Origin: Malacoraja senta
Taxonomy: Eukaryota
Reading direction: 5' to 3'
DNA length: 64,000 nucleotides
Assembly (NCBI GenBank): GCA_038087875.1
Contig: CM075991.1
Coordinates: forward strand, 4,464,001-4,528,000
The position numbers were made by a program, and so were the translations under genes. The notes below the pieces were generated by a model, which saw only the letters and a list, made by a program, of their open reading frames with translations, had not been told where the DNA came from and made no database searches. Positions within the stretch are counted from its first letter, which is position 1; each line of letters starts with the position of its first letter. Of the stretch, positions 12,581-25,184 are shown in pieces.

Positions 12581-12899
12581 CCAAGATTCAGAGGCGATTT
12601 TGCCCAGCGAACCTAGTTTATCACGGAGCCAGTGTTATGTTCATGGGGGATCTACTCAGGATTAGGCAGAGTGAGGAGCCCCAATCCAGCAACAGAGAAC
12701 CCCCAAGATTTCAGAAATAACATTTGTGGATATGTCAATGAAGGGTTAAATATTTTGTGTGTGTTCAGAAAGTCTTATTCGTCAGAAATATTAACATGAT
12801 CCCATGAACTGAGTGACAACAAGGCATATGGTGTGCTTGCTTTCATAGGTTGGGGAATTGCGTGTAAAAAGCAAGCAGACTATAAAAATATGCAGCTTT

Positions 12900-13281
12900 G
12901 CCCCTGTCCCACTTAGGAGACCTAAACAGCAACCTCTGGTGACCTTGCCCGCCACCCAAAAAAAAAATCAAGGTCGAGGTGACCTGCAACCTCCTACCAC
13001 GCATGTGTTGAAAACCTTCCTCGACTATGAAGAAAACCGGCTTCGACTAGACCTGCGACTAAAAAATTATCGACTTTTAAAACGGCAACGTATTTTCAGT
13101 CGAGGCCGGTTTTAATCATGATGAAAAAATAACAGCAACCTAGATGAAGCCTCGACCACGCGGAAACCACTTTCGTCCATTAGCGAGAGTGACCAAAACC
13201 TCCGGTGACCTCATGGAAACTTTGGGTGGCGGGCAAGGTCACCGGAGGTTGCTGTTTAGGTCTCCTAAGTGGGACAGGGGC
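12900..13281. mobile_element. PIF/Harbinger-type MITE inserted in CR1
   Basis: About 60-bp TIR GCCCCTGTCCCACTTAGGAGACCTAAACAGCAACCTC... Confidence 0.8.
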
Positions 13282-14816
13282 TTAACAAGACCTCAGTTAG
13301 GTCGCATTCGGAGTATTGTGTGCAGTTCTGATCACCCTATTACAGGAAGGATGTGGAGACTTTGGAAAGGGTGAAGAGGAGATTTACGGGAATGATACCT
13401 GGATTACAGGGTATTAGCTACAGGAAGAGGCTGGACAGACTGTCAGAACTGCCATCAGAACTGTCCCCTACATCGACTCTTTTAAGTCGAGACTTAAAAC
13501 CCATCTCTACTCTCAAGCCTTTCTTGACGTCCTCTGAGCGAGGGCTATATGTATGTAGTGATGTATGTATTTAATCTATGAACCACTGTTGTATAACGTT
13601 AGTACCTCCACCAATGTAAAGCACTTTGGTCAACAAGAGTTGTTTTTTAAATGGGCTATAGAAATAAAAGTGACTTAACTTGACTTGAATTGTTTTCTCT
13701 GAATCGTCAGAAATTGTGGGGAGAACTGTTGATGTATATAAAATTATGAGGCACAGATAGGGTATAGAGTCAGAATCTTGTTCCCAGGATGGAAAATTCA
13801 AATAGTAGAAGGGACAAAGTTTAAAGGAGATGTGCGGGGCAGGTTTTCTTTTTTACAGAGGGTGTCCTCCTCTTGTCGTGCCACTACACTTTTCCAAGCC
13901 ACTGCATAACGCAGGCTCTGGCACATGGGTTGAAGACCTTCAGATCTTCAGGTTTGCAGGGCTCTGGAGGAGGGGCCAGGTGAATGCCTGGAACACACTA
14001 CTGTGGTAGTTGAAGCAGTTACTTTATTGGCATTTTAAATACTTTTGGATATGCAGAGAATGGAGGGATATGGATTTTGGGTGGGTAGATAATTGATGGT
14101 CTTGGCATCATGTTTGGCAAGACATTGTGGGTCAAAATGCCACTGTCGTATCTGCCTCAACCACCACCCCTGTTCTATATTCAATAAAGCCATCCTTGCA
14201 AGCAGATTCTCACACAAGACAGTTAGGCCTTTGATCTACAGCAACTCATTAAACATATAAATGGATCAAAATTCAAAAGATCTTAAGGACATCAATGTAC
14301 ATTTGTCTACATAATGTCAATACTGGGGAACACATGCTGACAGCAAGTATTGAAACAAAATCCAGATCATATACAAGGGAAATGCAAAGAGTTAAATAAT
14401 TAAATGATAGAAGCTCACATTCTCTTCGACACTGCACCCACTGATTGTCCATATTAAAGATCTAAATCCTGACAACATGGAGGGCAAGTGAATGAATAAA
14501 ACGAAGACAACATCAAGGACATGAATAGAGATTGGAATAAAGATGCCTTGATTCTTGCAAAGCTGTAATTTTGTAAATTATTATTGAAACTCAAAGATTT
14601 AGCATTGTGGCAGGACAGCATTCGCGAGCACAAGACTGCCACAAGAGGGCAGCAGAGGTTGCAACAAGTAGCTGCAGCAAGTTCCTTGTAACCTGCTGTT
14701 CAAGGCAGTTACCTGGAGGTACTTCTGATCCACCAGCAACTACCTGCTTGCGGACACAAAGGAGGAGTGGCCATCTTTCCTACTCGGGTATTATGGATGA
14801 TTTCAGTCAGATCGGA

Positions 14817-15100
14817 GAGCACAGGGCGCAGCGGTAGAGTTGCTGCCTTATTAGAGTGCTAGAGGCTCGGGTTCAATCCTGACTACGGGTGCTGTCTGTA
14901 CGGAGTTTGTACGTTCTCCCCGTGACCACGTGGGTTTTCTCCGGGTGATCCAGTTTCCTCCCACACTCCAGAGAGTACAGGTTTGTAAGTTAATTGGCTT
15001 CTGTAAATTGTCCCTAGCATGTAGAATAGAACTAGTGTACAGCTGGTCAGTGTGGACTCGGAGGGCCAAATGGTCAGTTTCCACGATGTATCTCCAAAAC
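14817..15100 (+). mobile_element. tRNA-derived V-SINE (HE1-like)
   Basis: A/B-box head, V-domain GGAGTTTGTACGTTCTCCCCGTG, CR1-derived tail. Confidence 0.85.
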
Positions 15101-15696
15101 CAAAAAGCTAAAACAAGCCCTTCCAGCCCACCATGTCTATGTGAATAGTTTCGCACATCTACAGTAAACTTTTCAACTGACTATAGGGCTGCACCCTTCA
15201 ATCACTGGCCTATTTAGGTGTGTCTAAATGCCTTTTGAGAAATGCAGCGATTATATCTGATTTCCACCACCTCCTCTGGCAACATATTCCAAAGATCAAC
15301 CACTCTCCGCTAAAACAAAACTTACCTCTCAGATCCTCTTTGGAATATCGTCCTCTTACCCTAAAAAACATATGGCCTCTTGTTCCTGATACCCCTACCA
15401 TAGAGACATGAGTTTGACTATCTCCTCCATCTATATCTCTCAAACTTATATACTATACATGGTTGCCACTCGGCCTCCTTGACTCCAGGGCCAGCAAACC
15501 TAGCCTATCCTAACACTAGCCAAGCAACATCCTGGTGAATCTTCTCTGCCCTCTCTCAGGTCCAATCACCCTTTATGTGGTGACCAGACCTGCACACAAT
15601 ACTCCAAGTATGGCCGAGCCAACGTTGTATAATTGCAACATAATCACCCAACTCTTACATTCTTTGTGTAGAAAGGAATCGCGGATGCTGGTTTAT

Positions 15697-16110
15697 AGAC
15701 AATAGACAATAGGTACAGGAGTAGGCCATTCGGCCCTTCGAGCCAGCACCGCCATTCAATGTGATCATGGCTGATCATCCCCAATCAGTACCCCGTTCCT
15801 GCCTTCTCCCCATATCCCCTGACTCTGCTATTTTTTAGAGCCCTATCTAGGTCTCTCTTGAAAGCAGCCAGGGAACCGGCCTCCACCACCCTCTGAGGCA
15901 GAGAATTCCACAGACTCACCATTCTCTGTGAGAAAAAGTGTTTCCACATCTCCGTTCTAAATGGCTCACTCCTTATTCTTAAACTGTGGCCCCTGGTTCT
16001 GGACTCCCCCAACATCGGGAACATGTTTCCTGCCTCTAGCGTGTCCAAGCCCTTAACAATCGTATATGTTTCAATGAGATAACCTCTCATCCTTCTAAAC
16101 TCCAGAGTGC
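15697..16110 (-). mobile_element. CR1 3' fragment inserted in a Penelope-derived element
   Basis: LEFRRMRGYLIETY...; (CTATTGT)n tail; ggtttata on both flanks, with the PLE motif split around it. Confidence 0.85.
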
Positions 16111-16191
16111 ACAGGTTTATACCGCAGATAAGCACAAAGTGCTGGAGTAACTCAGCGCAGGGTCAGGCAGCATCTCTGGAGAAAATGGATG

Positions 16192-16357
16192 ACATGTCGA
16201 CACGTGACGCCTGTATGGTCGTGAGTAGTCGCCCAAAGAGTCGTACCTTTTTCTGGTCGCCACTGGATTTTCAACATGTTGAAAATTTTCGGCGACCTGC
16301 TGCGACTACGCGGGTGCCAGCAAGTCGCCGAAAAAAATTGCATGTTGGACAGGCCCT
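16192..16357. mobile_element. Partial Harbinger-type MITE (right TIR only)
   Basis: ...GGACAGGCCCT followed by TTA; internal TTTTCAACATGTTGAAAA. Confidence 0.6.
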
Positions 16358-16455
16358 TTAAGCTTGCCCGGGGGGGTGATGTTAAATATTGACCTACGTA
16401 CAAGGATTGTCATGGCCTACAAGTCAACACAATTAGCACATGGTGATGTACTTAC

Positions 16456-16580
16456 AAGAGGAATGGCCACTGGGGAAACTCTTCCTTCCCTCCAGTATTG
16501 CGGCAGGGTCCCCTGTGCACTGCATGTCCTCAGTCACCACTCCGTCCGGAAAACAACGATAGAAGTAATCAGGCCGAGGT
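16456..16580 (-). CDS. PLPP5: PLPP5 coding exon 5
   Basis: 125 nt; [41 protein letters not shown] (C2 motif PSGH). Confidence 0.95.
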
Positions 16581-18384
16581 CTGCAAACAGTGAGCACCAG
16601 TCAACATCAGACCATCACCGCCACCCACACCTACACAGTACTGCAGAGCTTAGAGCTCAGTGGACATGTTTAAGGCAGGCAAAGAAAGATTCTTCATTAG
16701 TAGGGGTGTCAGGGGTTATGGGGTGAAGGCAGGAGTATGGGGTTAGAAGGGAGAGATGCATCAGCCATGACTGAATGGCGGAGTAGACATGATGGGCCGA
16801 ATGGCCTAATTCTACTCCTGTCACTTTTGATCTTAGACCTCCTAGCCGCCTACTGATTCTGAATGCCTGGATGTCGTGAAAGGTCCTAAGCAAACCCAGA
16901 GATTTCAGAAGGTTTCTCCGGGTGCTCTGGTTTCCTCCCACATCCCAAAGATGCGTGGGTTTGTCGGCTAATCAGAAGTGTCCTTATCCACAGACTAATG
17001 AGACTGTAAACTTGCAGTCAAGATGAACAGTGCTGGCTCAAAGGGCCAAATGGCCTACTCCTGCACCTATTGTATTGTCTAACAGCATGGATACGTGTAA
17101 GGTGTAGGGGATAGGGGAAAACAGTTCACAACCACACCAGGGGTGCAAGAATATGTAGGTAGGGATGAGAGAAGTTTCCTCTAGATGGTATACTGTAACC
17201 CAGATGAATAGCTGCAATTTCCCTCCACCTCTTGGACAGTTCATGCCAACGTGATTATCTACTATATAAGATTCTCTGCTAGGTGGACGCATCTGGTATT
17301 TGTAGTTTTGTAAAAAGAAAATCACAGGGTTATGAACTGATTGGAAGGAAGGCAGCTTGTAGAGCTCCAGAGACCGGGGTTCGATCCTGACCTCAGGTGC
17401 TGCATGTGTGGAGTTTGTACGTTCTCCCTGGGATCGCGTGGGGTTTCCTCCCACATCCCAAAGGCCGTGGGCTTGTCGGCTAATTGGCCTCTGTAAATTC
17501 CCCCTGATGTGGAGGAGTGGATGAGAAAGAGGGACAACTGGTGTGAACGTGTGATCAATAGTTGGTGTGGACTTGATGGGCCGAAGGGCATGTTTCCACG
17601 CTGCGTCCCAAATCTAAATATGGAGTTTGGGTTGCCATGGCAACAGCTGCCTAATTAGCCAGGGGGGTTGTAAAATGGTGATCTGTTTTTGCTCAAACAT
17701 TCATGCCACCCCTTTCACAATGTGAATGTTTAAACCCTAAAGGGGAAAGATGTTTGAGGAAATCATTAGTGAAGCAACAGAGAGATTGAGAGAGGCACAA
17801 ATTGGAGCCTTCAAAAACATTGCTGTCAAGTTTGCTTAGAAGCACAAAGAAGTCGGAGGACAAAATATATCATCTGCTTGCACTTCCAAAAAATGTAATG
17901 ATCTTACAAATTGAATGCTGCGTGTATCTGCGATATTGTAATCAAAAAGTGGTTATTACCAGCTGGGAGCAGAAAGCAATGAAATAAGGACAGGTCAACA
18001 TGTTCTTCAGAGTCTGATTTTGGGACAGCATTTTATCTTTGATTTCTATTAAGTGATGATCAATATGGTTGGGGCCATACTCAAAATGAGAGGGGACAGA
18101 TTTTGAGGTGATTTGCTCAAAGCATCAAATACAACGTTGTATTTCAGTTGATTGTGTTTTTCTGAGTAACTGATGCAAGACTAGGGTCGCATATGTAAGT
18201 TGTGTAGCCCTGATCAAGGTTAAATATCAGAAGGTGCTGCTTTGAATAGTGGACATGAATTGGTATACTGACTAGTATGTCCTGACTAGTTTTAGTCGAC
18301 AATGCCCTCAAAGACGGGTACAGTTCAATGTTTTCATGAGACCCGAGGCCATGTAGACGTGCAGGAGACAGCGACCCAAATCAT

Positions 18385-18890
18385 CGGGTCCCATATCTGA
18401 CGATGGATGTGCCGGCTCTGGAGAGGGACCAGTGGAGGTTTACAAGAATTATTCCAGGAATGAGTGGGTTTGCATACGATGAGCACTGAGCCTGTACTCG
18501 CTGGAGTTTAGAAGGTTGAGGGGGGACCTCATTGAAACTTGCAGAAGGCATTGAAAGCGTGAATGTGGAAAGGATGTTTCCACTGGTGGGAGAGTCTCGG
18601 ACCAGAGGTCATAGCCTCAGAATTAAAGGGCGCTCTTTTAGAAAGGAGTTGAGGAAGAATTTCTTTAGTCAGACGGTAGTTAATCTGTGGAACTCATTGC
18701 CAGAGAGGACTGGGGAGGCCAAGTCAGTGGATATTTTTAAGGCAGAGATAGACAAATTCTTGATGAGAACAGGTGTTGAGGGTTATGGGGAGAAGGCAGG
18801 AAAATGGGATTAGGAGGCAGAGATCAGTCATGATTGAATGGCGGAGTAGACTCGATGGGTTGAATGGCCTAATTCTACTCCTATAACTTG
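18385..18890 (+). mobile_element. CR1 3' fragment
   Basis: ORF 18532-18813 ERMFPLVGESRTRGHSLRIKG. Confidence 0.85.
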
Positions 18891-19177
18891 TGACCCATTG
18901 GCAGACTGCATCGCTGACCGCATTGAAAAATGCAGCACCCATCTCAGCATTAAGCAGAGGATGGTTTGCCTGTTCCTCAATTAAACAGCATTCAAAACTG
19001 GCACAAAAAGCTGGAGTAACTCAGCGGGACAGGCAGCATCTCTGGAGAGAAGAAATGGGTGACGTTTCGGGTCAAGACCCTTCTTCTAAACTGGCATCTG
19101 CCCAAATCCTCAAAATACGTAAAATGTGATTATTCTTTTAAAATTTGTTCTATCAAAGCTGTGTATTTGGAACTCAC

Positions 19178-19241
19178 CTTCCCACCACCAGTTTAAGTGT
19201 GTTTGTGATCACTCCGTTCAAACCCAGGCCTAGAGATCCCG
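19178..19241 (-). CDS. PLPP5: PLPP5 coding exon 4
   Basis: 64 nt; AGSLGLGLNGVITNTLKLVVG(R); start of the C1 motif KxxxxxxRP. Confidence 0.93.
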
Positions 19242-19650
19242 CTGCAAGTGAAAGACGCTGATTATTTTAACTATTACTATTACACAAACTCTGCACAGAA
19301 TTGCTTACAAGACATCTTAACACATTCGTAAAAAACTCACCACATTATTCCACCCTTGATTCCGGGCATAAACAAGGGAATATTTTCCATTTCAACCACA
19401 AAGCCGTGACGCCATAAAACAGCAAGTGAAATGACATGTGTCCAAAATTCTGCAGGCAACTTCCCCTCAGTCAGACTGAACTGAAATATTTCAGATCCAA
19501 AACAAATCTATTGTATCCAACCCTCCAAGTATTTGTTTTATAATTCAGCAGATCAATTAAATCATTCAAGGGACTCACAGTTTGTACCACTTGAACATTG
19601 CACATTCAATGAAAAGAAAAAGGTGAATTAAAATGGGTTAAAGGTGGAAA

Positions 19651-20187
19651 GGGTGGCACAGTGGCGTTGCTGCCTTAAGGGCCTGTCCCACTTTCACGAC
19701 CTAATTCACAACCTTTTTTACTAGTGGACATTTTTCATCAGGCTAGAAATACGCCCCAACCTACTTGATGCCACGAGTACCTACGACTAGCATCACGACC
19801 TGCTACAGCCTACCTACGACCTCGTGACGACCATGCTGCGATAATGAGTCAAGGGCAAACTCGGCATAGGTCGTGAAATAGGTCGTGAAAGTGGGACAGG
19901 CCCTTTACAGCGCTTTCGCCGCCAGAGACCCTTCTCTGGTTCGATCCCGACTACGGGTGATGTCTGCACGGAGTTTGTACGTTCTCCTTGTGACCAAGTG
20001 TTTTCTCTCCGAGATCGTTGGTTTCCTCCCACATTCCAAAGACGTACAAGTTTGTAGGTTAATTAGCTTTGTATAAATGTAAATTGCCCCTAGTGTGTGT
20101 AGATTAGTGTTAATAAGCAGGGATCGCTGGTCGGCGCGGACTCGGTGGGCCGAAGGGCCTGTTTCCGCACTATCTCTAAACTAAACT
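19651..20187 (+). mobile_element. HE1-like V-SINE carrying a MITE
   Basis: SINE head split at gccTTA|cagcgc by the 19678-19904 insertion. Confidence 0.85.
19678..19904. mobile_element. PIF/Harbinger-type MITE with a perfect TTA TSD
   Basis: TIR AGGGCCTGTCCCACTTTCACGACCTA; TTA at 19675-77 and 19905-07. Confidence 0.88.
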
Positions 20188-21241
20188 TGTTGTCTTTTGC
20201 CATTTAACCTGACCTGGGAGAGCACAAGCCAACTGCAGTGCTATTGCTAAAAGCCTGGCCAACATTAAGTACATGCAGGTCTTGGAACTGGAAAGTGCAG
20301 GGCCACATCACATTACTTTGGCTTAGTACTGATTGAGATACCTATCAAGAGTTTTAAAACAACCTCGCCATCCACAGTTGCTGGTCATGCATAACTGCCT
20401 GCCCATTCTCTTTAAATAATCACAGTGGCGATACTTCAAAGACAGGATGGCCTGGAAAGCAGTTTAGGGCGTTGTGATAGACACAAAATGCTGGAGTAAC
20501 TCAGCAGGTCTGGCAGCATCTCTGGAGAAAAGGAACAGGTGATGTTTTGTTCGAGACCATTCTTCAGACTGAGAGTGAGGGGGAAGGAAACTAGAGACAT
20601 GAAAAGGTGCAGAACAAATCAAAGCCAGCACCAATGACCAAAGAAAGGTGGAGCACACAATAATGCATTGAAAGCAAGGCATTGAAGGCAATGCTGTCAT
20701 GATTGTCCTTCATCACACCAACAATGGACCATTGTGGGCTCCACCTTTCCTTGGTCATTGGTGCTGGCTTTGATTTGTTCTGTACCTTTGATTTAGAGAG
20801 TCATAGTCATAGAGTGATACAGTGTGGAAACAGGCCCTTCGGCCCAACTTGCCCACACCGGCCAACATGTCCCAGCTACACTCGTCCCACCTGACTGCGC
20901 TTGGTCCATATCCCGAAAACTTGTCCTATCCATGTACCTGTCTAACTGTTCTGTACCTTTCCATATCTCTAGTTTCCCCTCTCCCCTGACTCAGTCTGAA
21001 AAAGGATCTCAACCCGAAACATCACCTATTCCTTTTCACCAGAGATGCTGCCTGACCTGCTGAGTTACTCCAGCAGTTTTGTGTCTATCTTCGGTGTAAA
21101 CCAGAATCTGCAATTCCTTCCTACACATCAGGATGATAACAGCTTGACATGAAGCATACACACAGAACAGGAACATTTTCGGTAATACTCGTTGACCCAA
21201 CTTTGAGAGCACACAAGCCCAACGCAAACAGGGTCTCTCAC

Positions 21242-21332
21242 CTAAACAACCTTCCCGCACGTCCCCGCTTTCTGTTCTATTCAGCACCTTCATCAGAAGT
21301 ACTGCCATCAATGGTGTCATGAAGGAAATAGC
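21242..21332 (-). CDS. PLPP5: PLPP5 coding exon 3
   Basis: 91 nt; AISFMTPLMAVLLMKVLNRTESGDVREGCL; ag/gt flanks. Confidence 0.92.
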
Positions 21333-22813
21333 CTGTTGGAAGAAGAATGGCCAGTGTTATCAGCCAAATTTAAAAAAAGACAGAGGAAGTGAAATTTATG
21401 AATGAAAGACCTTAAAGTGACCAACTGGCAAGGGCCAATCTAAATTGCAACGAGGAAGTTGTAGATTCCGTAATATTAGTTCTCAATCGCAATTATTTGA
21501 CCTCGGTTTTCATTGAGTGCCACCCCATTAACAAATACAATACATCTCACTGTTCCGGATGCCTGGCTTGGTGGGATGGGAATGTGGGGGGAGGGACGTA
21601 CACAGCAAAAGGTGGAGCTGAGCTCAAGGGGTTGACAAAAATACTGAAGACTTAAGAAGGGTCTCGACGTGAAACATTGTCTATTTCCTTCGCTCCATAG
21701 ATGCTGCCTCACCCACTGAGTTTCTCCAGCATTTTTGTCTACCTTCGATTTTCCAGCATCTGCAGTTCCTTCTTAAACATCAAGTAAGGGGTTAGTGAGT
21801 GAATGACAGCAGGGAACACGGTGGGCCTGCAGAGGTCCCAGGAGACTGTCCTGCCCCCACCTCTATTCCAGTCTAGGTGTGGGAGGAAACAGAGCAACCC
21901 CCAGTCTGAGCCTTTAATGCCAAATCAATCAATCAATCACAATCACAATAATACTTGGTTAGCCAAGTATGTTTTGCAGCATACGAGGAATTTCATTTGC
22001 CAATTCAGTCATACAAAATAAAAAGCAACGGAACACATTTTAACATAAACATCCATCACAGTGACAAATGCCTGTACATGCACACTGATTCCTTGGATGA
22101 CATAGATAGGCGACGTTTTGGGACCGGAAACATCACTTATCCATTACCCCCACAGATGCTGCCTGACCAGCTAAGTTAGTGCAGCACTTTGTATTTTGCT
22201 CAAGATGCCAGCATCTGCAATTCCTTATTTCACCCTGATTTCTTTGAAGGCTGATGGCTGAGAGCTGGTGGGGGACAGCCAATATGTGCTGGTTTCCAAC
22301 ACAATATTAACAGGCTAAATTGTTTTTTTAATAGAAGTATAAAAAGTGTTTATATAGTTTACATTACTGCAACCACCCCCCTCCCTTCGAGACATGAATA
22401 TGCTATATTACTGCTGCTAATAAAAAGTATAACTCTCCCACATTTGTCTCTGCAATTCAGCTGCCATTGTTTTTCATCTTCAGTTTCGGCAGGACCTACC
22501 AGCGAGGCTTTAATGACATCCAAGATCCTCACTGGCTCAATTAGATAAGCCACTGTATGGGTAGAATTATGAAGACCAGAATGGCAGGTTCAATCTAGAC
22601 CATTGGGATACCCACTGTGAGGCACAGCAGGGCTTGGAAGCACGAGAAGTAGCATTAATGCCCCTGGAATAGAATAATCTTCAAGCCTGGCATTGCCCAT
22701 TCTTAGCCAGAAAGAGGGTCGTTTAGCTGGATGCCTGACAAGTGCCATGTGTTGTTAACTAGTGATGGGCACATTATTAGATTGCATTAAAAATTCTATG
22801 ATATGTTACATAC

Positions 22814-22922
22814 AAACATGTGCCAAGTAGGAACTGTGTCCCTCTCAGTCCGAGGGTTCTTGTATAGCCACATCTCCTCCGGATGGATTACTCGGTGGAA
22901 TGGAGTCAATGTTTCGGAAATC
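22814..22922 (-). CDS. PLPP5: PLPP5 coding exon 2
   Basis: 109 nt; ISETLTPFHRVIHPEEMWLYKNPRTERDTVPTWHMF; ag/gt flanks. Confidence 0.93.
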
Positions 22923-23299
22923 CTACAGAATAAAAGGAATACGTTAAAAGAAGAAACATTCTTGCAAGTTTGATAAGCGTTATATTTATCCTAGTGCATC
23001 AGTAGCACAAAAGGCCGGACAATCTTGAAACACTATTTCAATTGAATTAAACTCCATCCACTCAAGATGAAGTTAACGGTATGGGGGAAGGCCATACTCA
23101 ACGGCAATATCAGTCACTTCCAGTTCAGCTATTGCAGAGAGCATGCAAGGAAATCTTCCCTCAACTTTGCCCCAACAATCACGCCTAGGTACAAACTCCA
23201 AGAGAAATAATTAACGCTGGCCAAATCTCTGAGATTTCACTTTACTTTTTCCCCACCAATGCCCCCACTCACATGATTTCCGAAATAATCAATCAGTCC

Positions 23300-23632
23300 T
23301 TGATCGGGTAGATGCACAGAGTCTCTTGCCCAGAGAGTAGGTGAATCGAGGACCAGAGGACATAGGTTTAAGGTGAGGGGGAAATTATTTAAAAGGGATC
23401 TGAGGGGTAACTTTTTCACACAAAGGGTGGTGGGTGTATGGAACAAGCTGCCAGAGGAGGTAGTTGAGCCAGGGACTATCCCAACATTTAAGAAACCGTT
23501 AGGCAGGTACATGGATAGGACAGGTATGGAGGGATATGGACCAAAGGTGGGACGACTAGTGTAGCTAGGACACGTTGGCCGGTGTGGGCAAGTTGGGCTG
23601 AAGGGCCTGTCTCCACACTGTATCACTCTATG
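23300..23632 (+). mobile_element. CR1 3' fragment (PLPP5 intron 1)
   Basis: RDLRGNFFTQRVVGVWNKLP. Confidence 0.85.
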
Positions 23633-23679
23633 ACTATCACGTAAAAAGGACGCAAAATGAGTCTAGTTTATTCACTCAC

Positions 23680-23750
23680 AGGAATATCCCAAACAGGAAC
23701 AATCTTAGTACAATTTCACAGATAAAACTTGCTATCCCATTCTTCCGCAT
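23680..23750 (-). CDS. PLPP5: PLPP5 phospholipid phosphatase 5, coding exon 1
   Basis: gccaacATG; MRKNGIASFICEIVLRLFLFGIF(L); gtgagt donor, phase 2. Confidence 0.88.
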
Positions 23751-24564
23751 GTTGGCCGGAGTTTTATTGGTCCGGTGTTTCGGTGCCAATCTGTTTGGGA
23801 AGAATGGACATTGTTAGATGCATCACTACAAGAATTTAACAGCCTCTTGTGCTGCTTCCATTCCCACTTATCCCCGTATCATCTCGTCACCACCTCGTAC
23901 CATTCAGTGTCAGGACCACGAGCAACACTTCCACTTATTGATGCACCAAACCTAGGCTTGAATTATTGATTGCTCCACACTTCAACAACAGTGAGTTGAA
24001 CTCAGGCTGTAATAGTGATCCATCACATGGATCAACAGTTTGTGACTTCAACATTTACCTGCAAGAAGACAACAAGAGTGGAGACATCCTGTAGTCAACA
24101 GGTCCTATGGTCCACCACGTCATGCCCACCAATGTACTCATCTATCAGTGTTTGGGCCGGCCATGGTGTTCTTTGCCTTAGCAATTCAAGTGCTTGTCTG
24201 GATGCTTCTTAGATGTTGTATGATCACTACCTCATACCAACGTTCCAGATGTTGACCAGATGTGTAGATACTTTCTAACCCAAATCCCTTCCCTCTCACC
24301 TTGGACGCATGCCTTCTTGCTTTACAAACCCACAACCAAGAGAAAAGGGTTCAAACTATGTACGATATCCATCCTCCAATCTTCTCGATTTATCTGGTCA
24401 CCCCTCGGCCTCCATTCATCCATGAAAATCAAACCCAGCCACCCCAATCTCTCCTAACTGATACGCTCGGGTCCAAGCAACATCCTGGTGAACCTCTGCA
24501 TCCTCTCCAGTTAAATCACATCCTTCATGTTTTATTGTGACTGGAAAAGTGCATAATACTCCAG

Positions 24565-24895
24565 GTGTGGCCTAAGCAATGTTATATTAAGTTTAAGGTG
24601 ACACAAAATGCTCGAGTAACTCAGCGGGACAGGCAGCATCTCTGGAGAGAAGGAATGGCTGACGTCAGCCATTCCTTCTCTCAAGAGATGCTGCCTGTCC
24701 CGCTGAGTTACTCCAGCATTTTGTGTCACCTTAAACTTAATATAACATTGCTTAGGCCACACAGTCTGAACAAGGGTCTCAACCCGAAACATCACCCATT
24801 CCTTCTCTCCAGAGATGCTACCTGTCCCCCTGAGTTACTCCAGCATTTTGTGTCTACCTTCGATTTAAACCAGCATCTGCAGTTCTTTCCTACAC
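24565..24895. repeat. 198-bp spacerless palindrome plus a third Penelope-derived arm
   Basis: 24565-24762 is self-complementary with 2 mismatched pairs; centre TGACGTCA. Confidence 0.9.
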
Positions 24896-24906
24896 ATATT
24901 ATATAA

Positions 24907-25140
24907 AGTTTAGTTTAGAGATACTGCGCAAAAACAGGCCCTTCGGCCCACCTAGTCTGCGTCAACCAGCGATCACTCATACACTAATGCACACACACTC
25001 GGGACAAATTACAATAATACTAAGCCAATTATCCTACAAACCCGTTATGTCTTTGGAGTGTGGAAGGAAACCAGAGATCCCAGAGAAAACCCATGCAGGT
25101 CACGGGGAGAACGTACAAACTCCGTACAGACACGCACCAG
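24907..25140 (-). mobile_element. HE1-like V-SINE (5'-truncated)
   Basis: V-domain plus (CTAAA)n tail. Confidence 0.8.
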
Positions 25141-25184
25141 TTGTGAGTTGTAACATCAAACACCTGCTCTACAGCTTTGAAAAG

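Noticed and set aside
14817..14890. tRNA-like A/B boxes (also at other SINE heads)
   Set aside because: They run directly into the V-domain and LINE tail, so they are SINE heads and not tRNA genes
1625..23750. Assignment as the paralogs SEC23IP/PLPP4
   Set aside because: The convergent orientation, the short PLPP5-like C-terminus and adjacency to STAR/ASH2L favour DDHD2/PLPP5; a tree would settle it
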